A DNA stretch of 64,000 nucleotides from Patescibacteria group bacterium (GTDB lineage: Bacteria; Patescibacteriota; Saccharimonadia; CAILAD01; BJGX01). Below are positions 1 through 9,005 of the stretch, piece by piece (positions within the stretch are counted from its first letter, which is position 1; the number at the start of each line of letters is the position of its first letter). The notes beneath the pieces were generated by a model, which saw only the letters and a list, made by a program, of their open reading frames with translations, searched no databases and had not been told where the DNA came from. Location: contig JAPLVO010000014.1 of the NCBI GenBank assembly GCA_026397045.1, forward strand, positions 724 to 64,723, read 5' to 3'. The translations under genes were made by a program, and so were the position numbers.

Positions 1-1177
1 GATTATCCATCCTGAGCGAGAACGAATAGGGTCTATCAAGATTCCCCGGGGCACTAGCAACGATTGTCTTATTTAGATCCCCAGCATCAGGAGATATATT
101 GCTGAATTGGAATCTGATACTTGGAGCAGTGTTTGGCTGAGTACCGTCATATGCACTTCCGTTAAAGTAATATGCGTCATTGGATTTAGCGCAATATATA
201 GTGCCCTTGAGGTTTCTTTCTAGCTCGAAAACGACATTTACCTCCTGCCCATCGGCTAGGCCGATGCCACCAATGCTGCAGTTGCCTGTGTTGCCTGCAG
301 CAGTACATGCTAGAGTACCCCCCTGTGACGATTTAACACGATACCCAATTGGTACGGTGAGGGTACTTGTGTATTTAACATTGGATTCCGTACCTTTTAT
401 ACTATCTTTATTAATCCATAAAGAGCCCCTCTGCCAGGGATTATCAGATGAAGAATCGGACCAGGAGTTGATATTATTGGTGAGCTTCACATTGGTTGAT
501 ACCGGGGCTGTCCCTGAAAAGTTTCTGGTGGTGGTAATTTTACCGACACGGTCTGGGGCATCTTCTACAAAAACAAAAAATACAAAAGTCTTATACGGGT
601 TTAACGCTGGCACCCTAGCCGACTTGCCATCAAAAAACTCTTTCTCGCCCAGAGTGCCGGGGGCTTCAAAATTCCAGAAACCCCTCCATTTGCCTTTAAT
701 ATCAACCCCTCCTATGCTTATTGTCTGGGCGTCAGCAGTAGCATAGGCCACGCTGACATCTAGCTCGAATTCCTTGTCTGGCACATCAGCTAATTTACCG
801 CACCAAATAAGATTGTCGAGGGTGGTACTATAAAATGTTCCCCCACCGATAAGATTGTCGTATGTTTCTGGGCCTATACCGAATGAGTAGCTATTTTCAT
901 CTGGGCTATCATCGTTGTTGGTGTCGAGGTGATTACCGCCGTATGGGCTTGCTTTGATAGGTATGGCTATACCATTACTGGTAGTCTTAGAAACTACATC
1001 TACCTTTCCGCCATAATTTAAAGGCTCAGTACCAGATATGCCGTACCGCTGCAAGGCCATACCTACCGCCAAATCAGCGGGGGCGGCTGCCTCAGCGCGC
1101 CCTACAGATAGAACTGTAATACCTAAAAACGCGAGAATAAATAACGGTAATGCAAATAAATATTTGATTTGTTTCAC
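1..1177 (-). CDS. Large secreted/surface protein, N-terminal part (runs off left edge; absent from ORF track)
   Basis: Manual translation from GTG at 1177, which overlaps the upstream TGA as GTGA: MKQIKYLFALPLFILAFLGITVLSVGRAEAAAP..., a signal peptide with AEA cleavage site. The frame is open to position 1 and is Gly/Ser/Thr/Asn-rich with scattered Cys. Confidence 0.85.
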   Translation of the reverse strand, partial: MKQIKYLFALPLFILAFLGITVLSVGRAEAAAPADLAVGMALQRYGISGTEPLNYGGKVDVVSKTTSNGIAIPIKASPYGGNHLDTNNDDSPDENSYSFGIGPETYDNLIGGGTFYSTTLDNLIWCGKLADVPDKEFELDVSVAYATADAQTISIGGVDIKGKWRGFWNFEAPGTLGEKEFFDGKSARVPALNPYKTFVFFVFVEDAPDRVGKITTTRNFSGTAPVSTNVKLTNNINSWSDSSSDNPWQRGSLWINKDSIKGTESNVKYTSTLTVPIGYRVKSSQGGTLACTAAGNTGNCSIGGIGLADGQEVNVVFELERNLKGTIYCAKSNDAYYFNGSAYDGTQPNTAPSIRFQFSNISPDAGDLNKTIVASAPGNLDRPYSFSLRMDN

Positions 1178-2223
1178 CTTGTTTTACCTCTAGCAATCAC
1201 CATTTGCCTATTAAACTCATCAATCGACTCCGTTCCTTTCAATACAACATCCAAATATATTGCAAAATACCCGACTTCTCTTTTTTTACCACTTTTCGGT
1301 ATACCGGGGTCTGCATTAATTACGCCAATTCCGCTAATACCAGGGCTAGTAAGATTTTTTAGAAAGCTGTTTACAGATTCTGCTCGCCCGTCGTCTTTAG
1401 TAGGCTCATTACTCAGATAATTAGAAGAGAAAAATATAGAACCATTTGCCTCGTCGTTAAGGGTTAACCTCAAATCATTTTTAAGATTTTCTTGTAGCTT
1501 TTGAGGCGTAATTGTACCATTTTTAAGCTGGCCAATAGCTTCTTCAGCTCTTTGCTTAGCATAGTTTCTGTCCTCCTCTAGTGTTTTGGGGTCTCCATAA
1601 TTAGGGATGGTTTCGCCATCTACTTTGTTAACAATGGTATTACCGAACCAGAAATAAAAAATATAGCCCTCGTAGTAACCACTGCCCAATGCTAGTTTTT
1701 TCTTCGAATCAATAATACTACTTATGTATGAAGCAATTGAGTTCTGGGCTGGGGTTTGGCCTAATAAGAACTTGGCCCCTTCAATATCATTGTCATTTGG
1801 CCCAAACCCCGTGACATATCCTGCCAAATATTCCGCCTGGGTTGACTGTACGAGCTTATTTTTTTCCTCTACGCTTAATGAACTTACTCCTGGGAAATTA
1901 TTAAATGAGCTTAGAGCTTTATCAAAGGTCTGCTTGTCATCCAGGCTCTTGTTTTGTTGGCTTGGTTCTTGCTGCTTGCCGCCCAAACCAAGCTTGGAGA
2001 TGATGTCGTTGCCGAAGTTAGTTTTAGAGAGTAAAAATAATGATAATACCACCAACCCCACTATAAGTGCGGCAATAGCAGCCAATTTAAGCCCCTTCTT
2101 GGGGCTAGAGCCGCCAGCAGGAGCCCCACTGCTAGCCTGGTGACTGTGGGGCTGAGCTTGGGGTGGATGCTTTAGGCCAGGATGGCTAGCCAAATGCTTA
2201 TCGACATTGGGTTTTGGGTTCAT
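1174..2223 (-). CDS. Single-pass membrane-anchored protein, possibly a degenerate PrsA/SurA (parvulin-like) foldase
   Basis: Disordered N-terminus and a TM helix (LAAIAALIVGLVVLSLFLL). The C-terminal AKQRAEEAIGQLKNG...PGISG...GYFAIY loosely resembles the rotamase layout. The function call is weak. Confidence 0.7.
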   Translation of the reverse strand: MNPKPNVDKHLASHPGLKHPPQAQPHSHQASSGAPAGGSSPKKGLKLAAIAALIVGLVVLSLFLLSKTNFGNDIISKLGLGGKQQEPSQQNKSLDDKQTFDKALSSFNNFPGVSSLSVEEKNKLVQSTQAEYLAGYVTGFGPNDNDIEGAKFLLGQTPAQNSIASYISSIIDSKKKLALGSGYYEGYIFYFWFGNTIVNKVDGETIPNYGDPKTLEEDRNYAKQRAEEAIGQLKNGTITPQKLQENLKNDLRLTLNDEANGSIFFSSNYLSNEPTKDDGRAESVNSFLKNLTSPGISGIGVINADPGIPKSGKKREVGYFAIYLDVVLKGTESIDEFNRQMVIARGKTR

Positions 2224-2333
2224 GATTTACTCATAACAATTTTCATTATACCCCATACGCTTGGAAAATAAATAATTATTGGCTGCTAACCTGTGAAAAT
2301 GGTATAATTAAACCTTATGGAAAAGCACAAACT

Positions 2334-3407
2334 ATGTCGCTGAGTATCGGTATTGTCGGCTTGCCCAATGTCGGCAAATCAACCCTATTTAATGCCCTCA
2401 CCAAAAATCGCGTGCTGGCGGCCAACTACCCATTTGCCACTATTGAACCGAATGTTGGTGTTGTTAATGTACCCGACGAGAGGATAAATAGACTTTCAGA
2501 AATTTCCGGGAGCGCCAAAACCATCCCCGCTAGCTGCACATTTGTGGATATCGCTGGAATTGTTAAAGGAGCTAGCGAAGGTGCAGGGCTGGGCAATAAA
2601 TTTTTGAGCCATATCCGCGATAATAATGTCATAGTGCAGGTTGTGCGAGCATTTGAAAACGATGATATCGTGCATGTCGAGGGGCACATCGACCCTAAGC
2701 GAGATATAGATATTATCCGTACTGAACTATGCCTGGCGGATATAAACAGTACCCAGAACAAAATTGCCAGACTAGAAAAAGAAGTTAAGACTGAGCCTAA
2801 GCTAATCGCTAATCTGAATGAACTCAAAAAAGTTGAGCAATTGCTCGATAATAGCGAGCTTATTTCGGAACACGATGAAATTGATATGGAGCTTATAAAG
2901 GACTTGCAGCTATTAACAGCCAAGAAATTTATCTATGTGTTTAATATAGATGAGAATGATTTGGGTAATGATGAAGTTAAAGTGAACCTTGCCAAGCTCG
3001 TTGCACCAAGCCCGAGTGTGTTTTTGAGTGCCGAAACCGAATCCCAGCTAATGGACCTAGAGCCTGCGGAGGCTCATGAGCTGCTCGAGAGCATGGGCCA
3101 AAAGGAATCTGGGCTCAATGCGCTGATACATTTAGGATATGAGACTCTAGGATTTATTAGTTACTTTACTAGCGGAGAGCAAGAAAGCCGAGCCTGGACT
3201 ATCCGTAAAGGCACCCTAGCTCCGCAGGCGGCTGGCGTAATTCATGGGGATTTTGAAAAGGGCTTTATAAAAGCCGAGATAGTCAGCTACCAAGACTTTG
3301 TGGCCGGAAATGGCTGGATCGGTGCTGGCGAATTGGGTAAGACTCGAATAGAGGGTAAGGACTATCAATTCCAAAATGGCGATGTAGCGGTATTTAGACA
3401 TAGCTAG
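2334..3407 (+). CDS. ychF: Redox-regulated ATPase YchF (Obg family)
   Basis: GIVGLPNVGKSTLFN, ANYPFATIEPN, DIAGIVKGAS, C-terminal TGS domain. Confidence 0.98.
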   Translation: MSLSIGIVGLPNVGKSTLFNALTKNRVLAANYPFATIEPNVGVVNVPDERINRLSEISGSAKTIPASCTFVDIAGIVKGASEGAGLGNKFLSHIRDNNVIVQVVRAFENDDIVHVEGHIDPKRDIDIIRTELCLADINSTQNKIARLEKEVKTEPKLIANLNELKKVEQLLDNSELISEHDEIDMELIKDLQLLTAKKFIYVFNIDENDLGNDEVKVNLAKLVAPSPSVFLSAETESQLMDLEPAEAHELLESMGQKESGLNALIHLGYETLGFISYFTSGEQESRAWTIRKGTLAPQAAGVIHGDFEKGFIKAEIVSYQDFVAGNGWIGAGELGKTRIEGKDYQFQNGDVAVFRHS

Positions 3408-3464
3408 ATCTAAATAAAAAGACCCTAAGCAAATATTGATTACTACTAAGGGCTGTTTATTTTA

Positions 3465-4025
3465 TTACTTGGCGCGCTCTATATAGCTGGCGCTACGAGT
3501 GTCGACCTTGATGATGTCGCCTTTTTTTATAAACTGAGGGGCTTGAATTTTTAGGCCGGTTTCTAGCTCTACTTCTTTAGTGCTGGCAGAAGAGCTATTG
3601 CCTTTGTCGGCACCTGGCGCACTAACTACCTTCAAGGTGACATTTTTGAGCCAATCGAAACCTATTATTTTGTCGTCATACACTAAAGCGTCAATAGTAC
3701 CGCCCTCGACGATATATTTTGGAACATTATCATCGAGCTTATTATCAACCTCAATGGTTTCATAGCTTTCTTGATCCATGACGCTGTAATTGGTGCCAGA
3801 ACTATATAAATATTGCATGGTTTTACGATCTATCTCGGCTGAGGCGACCTTTTCATCATTACGAAAAGTCTTATCGATTACCTGGCCGGTGATCAAATTC
3901 TTTAGCTTGGTGTTTACTATACTACCGCCGCGACCCATCTGCTTCTGGGCATACTCTAGAACTTTGTAAGGTGACCCTTCAAATTCTATAAGCGTGTCCT
4001 TGCGAAGGTCAGTTGGGCTTAGCAT
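3465..4025 (-). CDS. efp: Elongation factor P
   Basis: QMGRGG tip loop, KLKNLITG, TKEVELETG, GDIIKVDTR...YIER; TAATG overlap with rpsR. Confidence 0.96.
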   Translation of the reverse strand: MLSPTDLRKDTLIEFEGSPYKVLEYAQKQMGRGGSIVNTKLKNLITGQVIDKTFRNDEKVASAEIDRKTMQYLYSSGTNYSVMDQESYETIEVDNKLDDNVPKYIVEGGTIDALVYDDKIIGFDWLKNVTLKVVSAPGADKGNSSSASTKEVELETGLKIQAPQFIKKGDIIKVDTRSASYIERAK

Positions 4026-4243
4026 TATTTAACCACAAATGGTAATAGTGCTAAGTGCCTGGCACGCTTTAAGGCAACTGCCAGCATGCGTTGGTGCTTC
4101 ATGCTTGCGCCTGTTTTTTTACGGCCGTCAATTTTGCCTACGCCATTAAGATAGCGCTGGAGCATTTTGACATCCTTGTAATCGATGAAGTTTATCTCTT
4201 CTGCGTATAGTTTATTCTGTTTAGCTTTATAAAAATCTGCCAT
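4025..4243 (-). CDS. rpsR: 30S ribosomal protein S18 (Cys-free type)
   Basis: IDYKDV...GKI..R..TG...HQR.LA.A.KRAR.LALLPF. Confidence 0.97.
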   Translation of the reverse strand: MADFYKAKQNKLYAEEINFIDYKDVKMLQRYLNGVGKIDGRKKTGASMKHQRMLAVALKRARHLALLPFVVK

Positions 4244-4258
4244 TATTGTTTCCTTTAA

Positions 4259-4744
4259 TTAGAACGGTATGTCGTCTAGGTTAATTTCGCCGTCGCCAAG
4301 GTCGTCTACGGGAGGTGTGTCATCTTTTTTGGCTTTCTTAGTGTCGGCGTTTGAGCCTGCTTCCTGCGGCATATCGGCTGGGATGTCTGGGGCATAATCC
4401 CCGCCCTCAGACTGGCCACCGATGAAGTTAATATCGTTGGCTACTATTTCAGTGCGTTGTCTTTTGGATCCATCTTCTGCATCCCAGTTTCGGGTTTGTA
4501 ATCTACCGGAAACTAATACCTTACGGCCCTTTTTAAGATAACTATCCACTAGCTCTGCTAGCTTGCCCCAAGCGACGATATTGTGATACTCCACTGCATC
4601 TTTCTTTTCGCCACTTTGATCCTGCCAGCTGCGGTTGGTAGCCACGCTAAATGAGGTTACATTTTGTCCACTCGGAGTAGTGCGCATTTCTGGGTCTCGG
4701 GTTAGGTTACCCATAACAATTGCTTGGTTAAAATCTTTTGCCAT
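4259..4744 (-). CDS. ssb: Single-stranded DNA-binding protein
   Basis: GNLTRDPE, VATNRSW, GRLQTRNW, acidic DDIPF tail. Confidence 0.98.
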   Translation of the reverse strand: MAKDFNQAIVMGNLTRDPEMRTTPSGQNVTSFSVATNRSWQDQSGEKKDAVEYHNIVAWGKLAELVDSYLKKGRKVLVSGRLQTRNWDAEDGSKRQRTEIVANDINFIGGQSEGGDYAPDIPADMPQEAGSNADTKKAKKDDTPPVDDLGDGEINLDDIPF

Positions 4745-4746
4745 GA

Positions 4747-5154
4747 TTATTTATCCTCGCCTTTTAATACTTTGGTCTCTTTAGCTGGCTTGGCCTCTTT
4801 GCTAGCGACCGGCGCAGCTTTGGGTGCAGCTTTAGGCTTAGCAGTTTCGTTGGGTTTTGTTATGTATCGGATATTTTCTGTAGAAACGATAAGATAACGC
4901 ATGACCTCTTCTGTGATGCGAAGCGCTTGGTTAATATCAGATACTTTGGCAGGGTCTACTTCGATGTTATAAAAAACATAGATGCCCCAATCCTGCTTAT
5001 TGACTTTATATGCCAGCTTGCGCTTGCCCCAGTTATCCTTTTTGACAATCTTGGCATTGCTCTTAGAGATAATTTTTTCTATCTTATCAAGAGCATTGGC
5101 AATGTCTATTTCGAGATCAGGATGTAAAACTACGGATACTTCGTAATTTCTAAT
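4747..5154 (-). CDS. rpsF: 30S ribosomal protein S6 (ATT start; absent from ORF track)
   Basis: Manual translation (M)RNYEVSVVLHPDL...WGKRKLAYKVNKQDWGIYVFYN...LRITEEVMRYLIV. SD AGAGGAG lies 7 nt before ATT; an in-frame TAA is 10 codons upstream with no ATG/GTG/TTG in between. Followed by ssb-rpsR. Confidence 0.95.
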   Translation of the reverse strand: MRNYEVSVVLHPDLEIDIANALDKIEKIISKSNAKIVKKDNWGKRKLAYKVNKQDWGIYVFYNIEVDPAKVSDINQALRITEEVMRYLIVSTENIRYITKPNETAKPKAAPKAAPVASKEAKPAKETKVLKGEDK

Positions 5155-5159
5155 TTTAG

Positions 5160-5231
5160 TACTCCTCTCTTTTGGCCCCGCTTAGCATGTTTGCTAGGCT
5201 TCGGCTCCGACAAATTGTGGGAGCAAAAAGG
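5160..5231 (-). promoter_or_regulatory. S6:S18 ribosomal-protein leader RNA (autoregulatory)
   Basis: CCUUUUUG can pair with CAAAAG next to the SD; the inner hairpin GCUCC...GGAGC runs into a CCG. This matches the known S6:S18 leader layout, directly upstream of rpsF. Confidence 0.65.
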
Positions 5232-5251
5232 TTATTTGATTTGACGAATAT

Positions 5252-5280
5252 ATTGTAGCTTATATCTGTAGATTGGTCAA
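5252..5280 (-). promoter_or_regulatory. Sigma70 promoter of rpsF-ssb-rpsR-efp
   Basis: TTGACC-N17-TACAAT. Confidence 0.75.
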
Positions 5281-5401
5281 TCCCAAGCACTATGGACTGG
5301 CAAAGGCTAGCAACCGCGATGAAGAGGCGGCATGATAAGTATGAGAATCTTGTATAAAAATGATAATATTAGAATTGAATAATGAATAAATATAAATCAC
5401 A

Positions 5402-5873
5402 ATGCATAAACTAGCATCCGGGCTGATTGGGCTTGATATATTTAGTGTTCATATTGGACGAAAAATTGGCAAGGTATCGGGCATGATTAACAACAAGAAA
5501 GACCTTAGGATAGAATGATGTGCGGTCGGTTTCAGGTGATAATATCATAATCGATTCAGAAGACAAATTATCGTTCACCGAAGATCTGCTCAGGCAGAAA
5601 GATATAATTGAGGACGACTTTAGGCTTATAGGCGCGAAAGTAGTGTCTAACTCAGGGGATAAAATGGGCAGGGTAAAGGACTATAGTATCGACTATCAGA
5701 ACTTTAGAACCAGGAAAATACATGTTAGCACTCGCCTGCTCAATAAACTGCTACATGAGAGATTGGTAATCGACCAACAGGATGTCATAGATGTACGCAA
5801 AAACACAATCATAATTAGTGATTCTAGGGTTAAGCTAAAGAATTATGTAGCAAAACTATTGCCTAGCAATTAA
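5402..5873 (+). pseudogene. PRC-barrel (YlmC/YmxH-like) protein, split or frameshifted
   Basis: Frame A 5402-5518 (MHKLASGLIGLDIFSVHIGRKIGKV...DLRIE*) and frame B from 5517 (DVRSVSGDNIIIDS...LIGAKVVSNSGDKMGRVKDY) read as the two parts of a double PRC-barrel protein in different frames. Confidence 0.7.
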
Positions 5874-5957
5874 TAGCTGCCTATAATTAAAAGCAAATGG
5901 AGGTGTGATTTGCTAGTTGTCGTGGTGTGGGCCGTATTAATGTTAATGGTTTTTAGG

Positions 5958-6581
5958 TTAGTCCTCAAAAAAAACTGAGGCCTGTATAGCTTGCTTTATT
6001 AAGCCATAGGGATAACCTTTACGAGCCAGATATTCAATCAACTTTTGCTTGTTCTGGTATTTGGGCTGCCGGGCCTTGCTCTCGACCAATTGAGACAAAC
6101 ACTCGAGCTGCTTGGCATCTGATACCTTTGCCACGGCCGCTGCAATTGTATCCTTGTCTACTCCTTTGCTAGCGAGCTCCATCCGTAACACCGAAACAGG
6201 CTTAGGGCTAAGGAGCATTCTATTGCGAACCCACATATCAGCGAATTCTATATCATCGAGATACCCCTGCTGGGTAAGCTTGTCGCATGCTGACTTTGCA
6301 TCTTGAGCGTCGTAGCCCTTTCGGGTAGTGAGATAGGCTATAACCTCTGTGGTGCTACGGGGCCTGATGGCCAGAAATCTAATGGCGCAATTATAGCATT
6401 TGGAGCCGCTATGAGCTCGATGTAAATCAGCTAGTGTTGAATCATCGATGGACTGATTTGGAAGCAGCGAGAACAGAGATAGATCAGCTTCGGAAAGAGC
6501 CAGGGCGTACTTACCATCGATGAATATATTATAGTAGCCCTGCCGTTTTGCCTGAGGCTTGACATCAGTGATCAGTGGCAT
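5958..6581 (-). CDS. recX: Regulatory protein RecX
   Basis: AIRFLAIRPRS, GYLDDIEFA, LASKGV, YLARKGY; directly downstream of recA. Confidence 0.93.
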   Translation of the reverse strand: MPLITDVKPQAKRQGYYNIFIDGKYALALSEADLSLFSLLPNQSIDDSTLADLHRAHSGSKCYNCAIRFLAIRPRSTTEVIAYLTTRKGYDAQDAKSACDKLTQQGYLDDIEFADMWVRNRMLLSPKPVSVLRMELASKGVDKDTIAAAVAKVSDAKQLECLSQLVESKARQPKYQNKQKLIEYLARKGYPYGLIKQAIQASVFFED

Positions 6582-6587
6582 GGCGAA

Positions 6588-7670
6588 CTAACTACTGAAA
6601 TGCCGCGATCTAATAGTTTTGTCGAGCTCTGCCATGACCTTGGGATTGTCTTTGAGAAATTGCTTGGCGGCTTCCCTACCCTGGCCAATCTTTTCGTCCT
6701 TATAGGAGTACCAAGAGCCAGCCTTGGCTATGAGTTCTTCCTTGACGGCTAGGTCTATCATGTCCCCAGATGTACTTATGCCCTCGTTGTACATAATGTC
6801 GAATTCGGCGACCTTAAAGGGGGCTGCGACCTTGTTCTTGACTACCTTGACCTTAACATGGTTACCTATGATATTATCGCCATCCTTAAGCGCTTCGCTG
6901 CGTCTGATGTCGAGCCTGACAGAAGAATAATACTTTAGGGCGTTTCCACCTGAAGTTGTTTCTGGGTTACCAAACATCACACCTATTTTCATCCTAAGCT
7001 GATTTATGAATATCACAGTAGTGTTGGACTTAGCGATTACGCCCGTGAGCTTTCGTAAGGCTTGACTCATGAGCCTAGCCTGCAGCCCCATATGACTATC
7101 CCCCATATCGCCCTCTATTTCGGCTCTTGGTACTAGTGCGGCCACAGAATCGATAACGATTATATCTACTGCGCTACTTCGTACCAAGGTCTCGCATATC
7201 TCTAAAGCCTGCTCCCCCGTATCGGGCTGAGATATTAGCAAATCGTCGAGTCTTACGCCTATTTTGGCCGAGTACTCAGGGTCCATTGCGTGTTCGGCAT
7301 CTATAAATGCTGCCAACCCGCCATTTTTCTGAACTTCTGCTACAGCGTGAAGCGCGAGTGTGGTTTTGCCACTCGATTCTGGTCCATATATTTCTACTAT
7401 TCTGCCCTTGGGGAGCCCCCCTCCAAGTGCGAGATCGAGCGAAAGGCTGCCTGTCCGGATAGTTTCTATAGCTACTTTCATTCCCTCGCCAAGTTTCATG
7501 ATTGAGCCTTGCCCAAACTGGCGCTCTATTTGTTCTACAGCCAGATCGACGGCTTTTAGCCTAGCTGACTTCTCGTTTGCTGCGGCTGCTTTCGATGTTG
7601 CGGATTTGTCCTTTGGGGTTGGTGTATTAGTCAATTTGCTCTCCTCTTTAATGATTGTTTTTGTGCTCAT
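6588..7670 (-). CDS. recA: Recombinase RecA
   Basis: [33 protein letters not shown]. Start moved to ATG 7670, which has SD AAGGAGG; the ORF-track ATG at 7703 lies inside the -10 box. Confidence 0.99.
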   Translation of the reverse strand: MSTKTIIKEESKLTNTPTPKDKSATSKAAAANEKSARLKAVDLAVEQIERQFGQGSIMKLGEGMKVAIETIRTGSLSLDLALGGGLPKGRIVEIYGPESSGKTTLALHAVAEVQKNGGLAAFIDAEHAMDPEYSAKIGVRLDDLLISQPDTGEQALEICETLVRSSAVDIIVIDSVAALVPRAEIEGDMGDSHMGLQARLMSQALRKLTGVIAKSNTTVIFINQLRMKIGVMFGNPETTSGGNALKYYSSVRLDIRRSEALKDGDNIIGNHVKVKVVKNKVAAPFKVAEFDIMYNEGISTSGDMIDLAVKEELIAKAGSWYSYKDEKIGQGREAAKQFLKDNPKVMAELDKTIRSRHFSS

Positions 7671-7701
7671 TATCCTCCTTGTTCGGTTAGTGTTTGTATC
7701 C

Positions 7702-7731
7702 ATGATACCGAACGCAGTACGAACATGTCAA
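7702..7731 (-). promoter_or_regulatory. recA promoter with putative SOS/LexA operator GTTC-N7-GTTC in the spacer
   Basis: TTGACA-N18-TATCAT; the spacer contains GTTCgtactgcGTTC (7710-7724). Confidence 0.65.
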
Positions 7732-7793
7732 TAACTTTTTAGTACTTTTAATTGTACTTGTTGCTGCAGTCTATGTACAACAGATTAAAATAC

Positions 7794-8291
7794 CTAGCGG
7801 TAATTATCAAAGCTCACCGGAAACTCAAACTTAGCAGACTTGAGGGCAGCCATTACAGCCTGCAAGTCATCACGGCTGGCCGATGTTACCCGTACTGCTT
7901 CACCTTGAATTTGTGTCTTCACCTTAGGGAATTCTGATCTAATAAGTGCAGTAATTTCTTTGGCCTTTGTCTGATCTAACCCCTGAACTAATGTCAGAGT
8001 CTTGCGAGAAACCATATTGCTTTCGTTAATCTCGCTGCTCTTGTCTAAAAACTTCAAGCTCAAGCCAGCCTTGATAAATTTGCTTTCCAGCACGCCCTCT
8101 ATAGCCTCGAGCTTAAGTTCGCTATTGGCCTCGATTTTGATCTTGTTGTCTTCTCTATCGTAGACTAGTTTTGCACCGGTTCCCTGAAAATCATAGCGGG
8201 TAGCTATCTCGCGGCTGGCTTGGTCGCAAGTGTTTATCATGGTACTTAGGTCATATTCGCTTACGACATCAAATGAAGAATCTTTTGCCAC
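7794..8291 (-). CDS. yajQ: YajQ family nucleotide/c-di-GMP-binding protein
   Basis: SFDVVSE, REIATRYDF, KVKTQIQGEAVRV, RDDLQAV, FDNYR; SD AAGGAGG before GTG. Confidence 0.96.
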   Translation of the reverse strand: MAKDSSFDVVSEYDLSTMINTCDQASREIATRYDFQGTGAKLVYDREDNKIKIEANSELKLEAIEGVLESKFIKAGLSLKFLDKSSEINESNMVSRKTLTLVQGLDQTKAKEITALIRSEFPKVKTQIQGEAVRVTSASRDDLQAVMAALKSAKFEFPVSFDNYR

Positions 8292-8345
8292 TTATTTAAG
8301 TCCTCCTTATTAAGATTAGATTATAGCAGCTTTAAACGCGCTCAA

Positions 8346-8858
8346 CTAGTTAGAGTACTCTCTTATCTCAGTCTTAGCGACATCAATAGTACCGCCGTAA
8401 AGCACATGCGGCGCGTAACCATAAATTAAGATCTGCCTACCCTCCTCAATACACTCTCTGTAATAAGCTTTTGTTCTACCGGGTAAGTGACAATGATTTG
8501 CGTAATTCTCTTCGGTGAATGGCAAATAGACATCTTTGTTGTTTACAATTGCTTTGATAATCAACCGAGATTTGTCGAGCATATTGGCATTGATACAAAA
8601 TACTTTCCAGGGTGGGTCTTTGACAAGATCAGCATCCTGAAGAGCTTGCCTGGTCTCGCTTGGCTCAATTGGTGACAAGTGAATAACATCGTTCCATTTA
8701 CCAAGGCCGGGTATTTCGGTTTCCTTAACCCCCTCTCTGTCCTGATACTTTTTAGATTGTTGCTTGAATACCTCTGGAAGTGTATTCCTCAAAGTGTTGA
8801 GAGGGTAAAGAATTGTGCCGACCATCTTCTTGGGTACAAAGTGATATAAATACATCAT
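8346..8858 (-). CDS. Hypothetical protein (YLYHFVP...LYPLN...WNDVIHLSP...PHVLY motifs)
   Basis: 170-aa ORF with protein-like composition; function unknown. Confidence 0.8.
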   Translation of the reverse strand: MMYLYHFVPKKMVGTILYPLNTLRNTLPEVFKQQSKKYQDREGVKETEIPGLGKWNDVIHLSPIEPSETRQALQDADLVKDPPWKVFCINANMLDKSRLIIKAIVNNKDVYLPFTEENYANHCHLPGRTKAYYRECIEEGRQILIYGYAPHVLYGGTIDVAKTEIREYSN

Positions 8859-8941
8859 GCGAACTTTAGTGTAATGACCACCAATGTGCGCCAGTGCTTT
8901 GGAATAGCGCTTGTCACCTCAAATGAAGAGCCTTTTGTCAT
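8855..8941 (-). pseudogene. 28-codon ORF starting with a degenerate copy of the yajQ 5' end
   Basis: MTKGSSFEVTS versus YajQ MAKDSSFDVVS; its stop overlaps the next start (ATGA). Confidence 0.5.
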
Positions 8942-9005
8942 ATCTTATACCATAACAAAGTAGCTGGCGTTTGCAGTTCAATGTAAAAAAAGCCTAATGA
9001 TATGT

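Noticed and set aside
180-746. 188-aa + strand ORF and the many other antisense ORFs in the track (e.g. 59136-59708, 39561-40106, 60285-60812)
   Set aside because: They are shadows of well-supported genes on the opposite strand, with Ser/Leu-rich nonsense composition.
5402-5873. TGA recoding (code 25/4) as the explanation for the split PRC-barrel gene
   Set aside because: The downstream part is in a different frame, so readthrough would not join them. TGA also ends conserved genes such as pyrH and msrB at the expected positions.
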